DNA of 64,000 nt from Cenarchaeum sp. (GTDB lineage: Archaea; Thermoproteota; Nitrososphaeria; Nitrososphaerales; Nitrosopumilaceae). The notes under the pieces were generated by a model. The model was not told the DNA's origin, did no database searches, and saw nothing but the letters and a program-made list of their open reading frames with translations. Numbering within the stretch: position 1 is the first letter of the stretch; the number at the start of each line of letters is the position of its first letter. The stretch spans positions 1,312,001-1,376,000 of the forward strand of contig CBDESU010000002.1 of NCBI GenBank assembly GCA_965242695.1, in the 5' to 3' direction. Positions 58,043 through 64,000 of this stretch are shown here, one piece after another. Position numbers and translations under genes: made by a program.

Positions 58043-58530
58043 TCCCGCGCGGCCTGGTTGTGGCGGTCTGCATCGGGGTGGTCGCCGGCGCCGCGTCCGG
58101 CGCCGCGCTGTACGGCAAGGGGGCCGCCGTTCCGGGCGCGCCGCTGTCGTACGTCGACGGCCCGTCCCTCTCGGTCGACGTCGAGAAGGCCGACTACAGG
58201 ACGGGCGATGCCGTGCGCATCCGCGTCGTCAATACGGGCACTGTCCCGCTAGAATTTGCCGGCGACACGTACTACGGGGTGCGCATAACGCAGCTTGACG
58301 GGATCGAGGTGTACGCGCCGAGGTCGGACTCGGACAATGTAGCCGTGGGGCCTGTCGTGCTCGGTCCCGGAGAAGAGGGCGTTCTTGTGTGGCACCAGAC
58401 AAAAAACGACGGGAGTGCGGCCCTTCACGGCACGTACAGGGTGTCGTCAAGCGCGGTGGCCGCGGCCGAGGCTGGATACAACGAAGTCATGCGTCTTGAT
58501 GCATCCGTTGCAATCAACATATTCAAGTAG
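58039..58530 (+). CDS. Membrane-anchored hypothetical protein with beta-rich, possibly Ig-like, domain
   Basis: TTG overlapping the cbf5 TGA; N-terminal TM; Y..GD.V.I.V.NTG..PL.F...L.PGE....W.Q...G.....GTY. Confidence 0.75.
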   Translation: MIPRGLVVAVCIGVVAGAASGAALYGKGAAVPGAPLSYVDGPSLSVDVEKADYRTGDAVRIRVVNTGTVPLEFAGDTYYGVRITQLDGIEVYAPRSDSDNVAVGPVVLGPGEEGVLVWHQTKNDGSAALHGTYRVSSSAVAAAEAGYNEVMRLDASVAINIFK

Positions 58531-58663
58531 CCGTTTTGCATGACGCTGTTGTGTCTTGTCCTGCACTGTAGGTGTCGTGCGTGAGGCATGATCGACACTC
58601 CTATCCGTGACAACGGCCGTTGTTTTTAGATACCTTTATAATAGGCCCTGTGGCCTGCGCGCC

Positions 58664-61600
58664 GTGCAAGATAGTGAGGAACCATGGGCAGTCCTTCAAA
58701 AGCTGGAGGGCGAGCTGCGCCGTGTTATAGTCGAACGCCTGTCGACCGTGGCGGCTGACTGGGAGGAGCGGATACCGGATGCCGTAAGGTCTAAGGTGCA
58801 AAAACGCCAGAGCCGTGCCATAGAAAAAGGTGAAGAGGGGAAGCAGATTTTGGAGTATGCAGACTTTTCTGACTATCACGAGATACTTTTTTTCACAAAC
58901 AACTGGGACGACGCATTCGGTACTATATTCGGTGACAAGGAAAAAACTAGGCTAAGGCTTGTTGAACTAAACCGGATACGGAACGCCATTGCGCATCGTC
59001 GTGATATCGATGACGACGATCGCGACATATTCCTACTTTATAGCAGGTTGGTGATGAGCTCGATACGCAAGTACATGCCCGACCGCGAGATCATCGCAGG
59101 TAACTTGAAGAGGTATAGCGAATCGTGTGCCGTTGCGTATGAGGGCGCAGTGATTGCGGCGTACAAGGCACCTTATCAGGACCAAATAGCCCAGTTCGCG
59201 CATTCCCTGAGAGAGGCCATCGACCTCTTGGCCCGCTCTGCACAGGAAGAGTCCGATCGGAAAAAACCCCTCGGCCGATCCAAGAGGGAAGCCCTGCTGC
59301 AAAATGCTGTGGGGTCCTCGGACTTTCGCATGGGTATTGATCATGAAGTGTTTGCGTTCTTGGCCGATGAATACGACCGGTTGAGCAAAATAGCACATCA
59401 TAGGGAGAAAATAACCCTGAACGACGTACAGGTACTGCTCTCGCGGGTCGAGAATGCACTTTTCACATTGACAAGCCCGCAGACTTCCATTGACCACGAG
59501 ATTGACGATTTGATCCGCAGGGGGCCGTCCCGTGACGGGGCTAACCGCATAACGGGGATGCTGACACGGCGATCTACGCGTGCATACCTGATTAAATCGC
59601 TGCCTGCATCATGGCTCCCGCACCTCGTCGATGCCGGCGCCTTTGGCAAGACGACCGATGTGCGAGACCATGCGATGCCGTTCCGCACCGACATCTTTCT
59701 GTCGGGATACCTTGTCAAATGCGTTGAAGACAACCCGGATATGGTGGCAGACATAATCGAGTCGTTCGACACCGACAAACGAGAGATGGATCCCACGGCA
59801 TGCCTGCATTTCTTAGAGTGCGCGACCCGCCTACCATACAGCAGGGCTGTGACCGTCGCGACTAAGACGGCACGGGAAGGATGGGGACGCCTTGTCAGGC
59901 ACCGCCAAATCCTGCCTGTGTATTCCCGGCTAATCGCGCGTCTCTACGGGGACGCCGAGTACGACTTGGCCAACAACCTTGCATATGATGCGCTCAAGGC
60001 GACCATTGAGGGCGGAGGCTTGGAGACTTCGCTACAGATCACGCCCTTGGAGCCAGGCGAGTTCGATTACGCGGTCGAGACTATACTGGCAGAAATGGTA
60101 AGCAAGAGCCCGGAAGAGGCGGCGGCCGTACTTATCAGCCTGCTAGACTCCTATGTAAAGCACGAGAAGGGATTGCCCATTCCACTACTCAGCCGACAGG
60201 TCTCATCGATCGAGGATTCTAACCAGAATGTGATGGGCGGACCGCTGCTCCCAATTGTCCGGCAGGCGAGGGATGCACTGCAACGCTTGGGTGACGAAGA
60301 TGGTAACAGGCTGAGGAACTTCATGCCAAAGTTGTACGCGAAGAGCGGCACGTTGTACCGCCGGATCGAGCTTCACATCTATCGGCAGTTTCCAGGCCTG
60401 TTTGAGTCGGAGGCGATTGCGTCTTTGAACATATACTGCGGTGTCGACGATGCACATCACGAATACTATAAGCTTCTTGCGGCCGTATTTCCACGCTTGG
60501 GAGAATCCGACAGGAAGTCGCTGTACAGGATCATTGACGAAGGTTGCCAAGGCGCAGGGAGCGGCAGCGAGGCGTCGGCGCGGGTAAAAAAACTGCGCCT
60601 ATTGTCCGCGATAAAGGGCCACATGGACAATGCGCATGCGGCCGAATACGAACGCCTGTCTCGAGAGACCCCTGACATGGATCATCCGGACTACTTGACG
60701 TATTGCTCTGTGGACATCGACCCGTCTCGCAGAGCCCCCGTCACGCTAAGAGGCCTAGACGTCGACAGCGTAATCAAGGCAGTTTGCAACACGCAAAACA
60801 ATGACCCGCTGCGCATGTTTGAGGATTCTATGGCCGACGAGTTTGAAGACATCGTCGCAACGAATCCAGATGTCTATGGGCTACGGGCAATGGACCTGGC
60901 GGGAGCTAGGCCTGCCGTACAGTGCGCACTTTTTGCGGGTCTAGAGCAGTCTGTGAAAAAAAGTGATGCGGGAACCGCACCTGCGGCGCTAGATCTCGCA
61001 TCGCACTTGCTGAGCAAGGACGTGGGATGTCCCGATACCCGCCCCGTGTACGGACAGTGGAATGTCCCGTTGCGGATAGGCTGGTACCTCAACTCGTTGC
61101 TAGTGAACGGCGCGATTGGACTAGATCACAGGAATGCGGCATGGCGCATTGTCGACGCACTCGTCAATGCGGGCTCAATCAGGGCTCCGTACGAGTGCAC
61201 TCCAGGCGAGGCCCTTCCTGGGATGGATGCCCTGAACACCGTCGGCGGCATCTCCTTCGTTCTGCTGTTTCGCTACGCAATATGGTCCAGGCCGAACGGC
61301 ACCGATGCGCGCCGGCTTGCCCCCGAAGTCCGCTTTGCAATCGAGGCGTATATGGGGGAGGGAAATGCGCATACGACCTGCAGGCATTCAGTCTTGGGCG
61401 TATTTTTCTCCGCGTCTGACTACCTTGCACCCGGCTGGCTTGGCGATTTGATCTCAAAGGCCGCGTCAAGCGAAGATGTGAAAGTTGCCTTTTGGACGTC
61501 ATACGTGGCACACAATGGGGTCGCCCCGGAGTCGTTCAAGTCGCTGCTACGGCTTTACGGCGAATTCCTTTGCGGGCCCCTACTGACCTCTCCGCCACGC

Positions 61601-62239
61601 CGCACTGCACTAGTCGACACCTTCCGGCATGTGGCCATGGCGCACTTTTACAATGTGGCTGGTGCGGACGACATACTGGGACGATTTCTTAAATCCACTC
61701 AACCCGTACCCATGGAGTGTGCTGAAGCGGTGGCCCAGATCATGGCAGGAAAGAGCGACGATCCAGATTTCAACAAAGCAAAGCTGGCAGCTCTCTGGCG
61801 GCATCCCAAGTTTGCGCCGCTAGACCTAAGCGACTGGTTTGTAGTGAGCCCTCTTGAGAGAAAAGAGACACTGGATCTATTTTCTCGTTATTTGGACAAC
61901 CATGAGGGACGGCTTGATATGATGGTGGCACCTCTGAAGGACCTGGGGGAGTACGTGGCAGAATTTCCACAGGACGTGGCAAGGTGCCTTTTCAAGATAA
62001 CAAAGAGAAGCGCACTTCTCCACTATCCCGGGGTTAGGGATCTCTTGGACACGCTGGATGGACTCGATAATCCGCTGGTCCACGACCTGTGCAATAAGAC
62101 AAGGGAAGAGCTTGCCGTCAGGGGCTTCGATTACGACAGAGACGAGAAGCATGCGAACGAACCCACAAGGCAAATTTCAGCCCAACTGACGAGAGAGCCC
62201 GACACCCCAAAAAATATTTTGGCGAAAGCCAGTGCGTGA
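58664..62239 (+). CDS. ~1190-aa low-GC protein: Swt1-like HEPN domain, second HEPN-like domain, long helical region
   Basis: LEGELRRVI...LEYADFSDY..I...NW...F...RIRNAIAH (Rx4H, 58979-58996); AHSLRE...LSKIAHH; TTTATAA at 58635. Confidence 0.8.
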   Translation: MQDSEEPWAVLQKLEGELRRVIVERLSTVAADWEERIPDAVRSKVQKRQSRAIEKGEEGKQILEYADFSDYHEILFFTNNWDDAFGTIFGDKEKTRLRLVELNRIRNAIAHRRDIDDDDRDIFLLYSRLVMSSIRKYMPDREIIAGNLKRYSESCAVAYEGAVIAAYKAPYQDQIAQFAHSLREAIDLLARSAQEESDRKKPLGRSKREALLQNAVGSSDFRMGIDHEVFAFLADEYDRLSKIAHHREKITLNDVQVLLSRVENALFTLTSPQTSIDHEIDDLIRRGPSRDGANRITGMLTRRSTRAYLIKSLPASWLPHLVDAGAFGKTTDVRDHAMPFRTDIFLSGYLVKCVEDNPDMVADIIESFDTDKREMDPTACLHFLECATRLPYSRAVTVATKTAREGWGRLVRHRQILPVYSRLIARLYGDAEYDLANNLAYDALKATIEGGGLETSLQITPLEPGEFDYAVETILAEMVSKSPEEAAAVLISLLDSYVKHEKGLPIPLLSRQVSSIEDSNQNVMGGPLLPIVRQARDALQRLGDEDGNRLRNFMPKLYAKSGTLYRRIELHIYRQFPGLFESEAIASLNIYCGVDDAHHEYYKLLAAVFPRLGESDRKSLYRIIDEGCQGAGSGSEASARVKKLRLLSAIKGHMDNAHAAEYERLSRETPDMDHPDYLTYCSVDIDPSRRAPVTLRGLDVDSVIKAVCNTQNNDPLRMFEDSMADEFEDIVATNPDVYGLRAMDLAGARPAVQCALFAGLEQSVKKSDAGTAPAALDLASHLLSKDVGCPDTRPVYGQWNVPLRIGWYLNSLLVNGAIGLDHRNAAWRIVDALVNAGSIRAPYECTPGEALPGMDALNTVGGISFVLLFRYAIWSRPNGTDARRLAPEVRFAIEAYMGEGNAHTTCRHSVLGVFFSASDYLAPGWLGDLISKAASSEDVKVAFWTSYVAHNGVAPESFKSLLRLYGEFLCGPLLTSPPRRTALVDTFRHVAMAHFYNVAGADDILGRFLKSTQPVPMECAEAVAQIMAGKSDDPDFNKAKLAALWRHPKFAPLDLSDWFVVSPLERKETLDLFSRYLDNHEGRLDMMVAPLKDLGEYVAEFPQDVARCLFKITKRSALLHYPGVRDLLDTLDGLDNPLVHDLCNKTREELAVRGFDYDRDEKHANEPTRQISAQLTREPDTPKNILAKASA

Positions 62240-62292
62240 TGATGTCCTCGGATGTACACCTCGGGCCTACTCCACCTGTGAACGCATCGCTT

Positions 62293-62796
62293 TCACACAT
62301 CTGTCGCCGCGTCCTTTGCAATTCTCCACTTCCGCCCGACGGCGTCGAACCTGTACGTGACCTCAGCCGTCCCCACTGGCAAGTTGGCGGGGTCTAGGTG
62401 GTAGGGGAGGAGCTCCAGCACGAAGTCGATCTTTTCTATCGCGTTGTCGAATATCTGGCGGTCCGCCGAGTCTGCGACGAAGCGTATGGACGGCTCGCCG
62501 GTGAACGACACGGTGACGCGCAGCGCCTTCTTGCTGCCCCTCCGCCGCTTCATCTCGCGGAACAGCCCCTTTAGCTTTTCCCACCGGCGGTAGTCGAACC
62601 ACTCGAAGAACTGCTCCGTGAACGCGAACGGAAAGCCCAGCGTGAGGGTGCTGACCACGTCGGGATCGGCATCCTCGTCGGGTATGGGCTTCTGACTCAC
62701 GTCGAACCTAGAGTTGAGGTAGCTGTGGACCACCTCCAGCTCCCACGGCGAGACGCCGTGCGACTCGACGATGGCCACGGGCGCTCCGCCGCTCAT
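62293..62796 (-). CDS. Conserved-looking hypothetical protein
   Basis: 167-aa ORF with host-like codon usage; TTAATTA upstream. Confidence 0.75.
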   Translation of the reverse strand: MSGGAPVAIVESHGVSPWELEVVHSYLNSRFDVSQKPIPDEDADPDVVSTLTLGFPFAFTEQFFEWFDYRRWEKLKGLFREMKRRRGSKKALRVTVSFTGEPSIRFVADSADRQIFDNAIEKIDFVLELLPYHLDPANLPVGTAEVTYRFDAVGRKWRIAKDAATDV

Positions 62797-62859
62797 GCGC
62801 CGGCGGCCCGCTAGGTCTAATTAAGGATTTAACATGTCGCCCGCGCCGGGGCGCGGACG

Positions 62860-63438
62860 CTAGAGGGTGTGGACGTACTTCCACAGGTAGAACGCGCCGA
62901 CGGCGCCGATGAACGCGACCATCGGCTTCCACGCGAACACGGGGAGGTTCGGCGTCGACAGCCGTATGCGGTAGTTGTCGACCACGCTGCCAACGTACCT
63001 CTTGATCCTGGCGTTCCATATGCGGTAGTCCACCCCGTTCCTCTTGAGGATCTCGCCTATCTCGTACACGACGGGTGTGTTCTGCGAGAAGAGGTGCTGT
63101 AGGTAGTCGCGCGACACCTCCACCTCTCCCTGGATGGCGACGACGCCCTTCCTGAGCTCGACGAACCTCACGTGCATCTCCCACGGCTTCTTGAGCTTTA
63201 GGTTGAGGCCGTGCCCGATCTGCGAGGGCTTTTTGTGCTCGAACTTTACCCTTGTGAACCCCTCGTCCTTGAACATGCGCACCAGGTCGTCGACGCTGCG
63301 CCTGACGACGACGTGCAGGTGCTCCACGCCTGCCCTGGCGTCGACCCTTATGCTCTCGGTTCGGCCGCCGGGCAGCGAGACCGTCCTCGGGTACGCGGTA
63401 CGGTACTCGATCACGCCGCGCCCGATGCGGCGCCCCAT
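62860..63438 (-). CDS. Hypothetical protein with C-terminal TM helix
   Basis: 192-aa ORF with host-like codon usage; WEMHVR...EVEVSRDYLQHL; hydrophobic C-terminus. Confidence 0.78.
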   Translation of the reverse strand: MGRRIGRGVIEYRTAYPRTVSLPGGRTESIRVDARAGVEHLHVVVRRSVDDLVRMFKDEGFTRVKFEHKKPSQIGHGLNLKLKKPWEMHVRFVELRKGVVAIQGEVEVSRDYLQHLFSQNTPVVYEIGEILKRNGVDYRIWNARIKRYVGSVVDNYRIRLSTPNLPVFAWKPMVAFIGAVGAFYLWKYVHTL

Positions 63439-63500
63439 TTATACGGACAGCGGCCGTGCCTGCCCGCCATTCCGGGCCGGAGTGGATCCTACCCCCGTCC

Positions 63501-64000
63501 CTACATGCCCGCCCCCACCAGCGATCTCGTGTACGCACACCTGTCGTGCGGTATGGCCGTCTCGCCGGGGCCGACGGGTCGGCCCGACAAGAGAGCACCA
63601 GACCCCCTTGCCACCGCAATGGGAGTCGACTCGCCGCCCTCGCCCATGGCCAGGTTTGCAGCCGCCGCAAGCGAGTCTGCCACGGCCCTGACCGTAACCT
63701 TGAGGGGAGCGCCGTCCAAGTCGGGCCTGCCGCGCACGTCGTCCACGGGGTCGAACCCCGCGCACGCGACGGCGGTGCCCACCGTGCCTGCTCGGGCCGG
63801 AAGCAGGCGGCTGTCCGATATGATGACGCCGGCGCGCACGCCAGACCTGACCAAGAGCGAGCGGCGCAGCACCTCGGCCTGCCAGTGCGGGTCCTCGGGG
63901 TACAGGACGGCCGTCCCGCCGCCGTTCGACCTGTCTATGCCAGCGTTCGGGGCGATCAGGCCGCCCGCCGTCTCGGCCATGACGAATCCGGGCATGCCCC
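63501..64000 (-). CDS. cofE: Coenzyme F420-0:L-glutamate ligase, 5' end outside the window
   Basis: PNAGIDRSN, LYPEDP, VIISDS..P.R.GT.G.A, G..DL.G..L.VT..AVADSLAAAANL.MGEG.E.TP. Confidence 0.9.
   Translation of the reverse strand, partial: GMPGFVMAETAGGLIAPNAGIDRSNGGGTAVLYPEDPHWQAEVLRRSLLVRSGVRAGVIISDSRLLPARAGTVGTAVACAGFDPVDDVRGRPDLDGAPLKVTVRAVADSLAAAANLAMGEGGESTPIAVARGSGALLSGRPVGPGETAIPHDRCAYTRSLVGAGM

Noticed and set aside
59630-59660. GAFGKT as a Walker A in the HEPN-like protein (Avs/STAND type)
   Set aside because: Does not fit [AG]x4GK[ST] and no Walker B context seen
1-64000. CRISPR array, cas genes, transposases, integrases, rRNA
   Set aside because: No array of three or more repeats with unique spacers and no recognisable Cas, transposase, recombinase or rRNA motifs seen

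Overview
Very GC-rich archaeal chromosome segment. It is best assigned to Nitrososphaerota (Thaumarchaeota), Nitrosopumilaceae/Cenarchaeum-like, based on a eukaryote-like topoisomerase IB, RadA, proteasome alpha, Rpo4, eL21, C-terminal PxWxK..AGWWADG domains and an spc-operon tail without eL14/eL34. A host-associated lifestyle is only an inference. Most of the window is housekeeping: gdhA, psmA, top1B, idh, rsmA-rpo4-rpl21e-radA, a Liv-type ABC transporter, OFOR alpha/beta, pckA, sod, prefoldin-ftsY-argF, uL18-uS5-uL30-uL15-secY-adk-EMC3-cmk-cbf5 and cofE. There are two tRNAs: Met(CAT) with a strict-BHB 18-nt intron at the non-canonical 30/31 site, and Ser(GCT). Three apparent accessory inserts hold the best novelty candidates: (i) 39.6-46.8 kb, a 1425-aa Cys/His helical-repeat protein with a C-terminal PIN nuclease, an APS kinase and a J-domain/DinG-type helicase fusion; (ii) 58.7-62.2 kb, a low-GC ~1190-aa protein with tandem HEPN-like domains and a long helical region; (iii) 30.2-31.7 kb, a YwgA/SocA-like gene coupled to a small ORF. 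Also notable: probable non-canonical ACG and CTG starts at overlapping gene junctions, a substrate-binding protein with three mosaic near-identical domains, and a low-GC patch inside top1B. All assignments come from motif recognition by eye; no database searches were run, and start codons were often chosen from TATA spacing.
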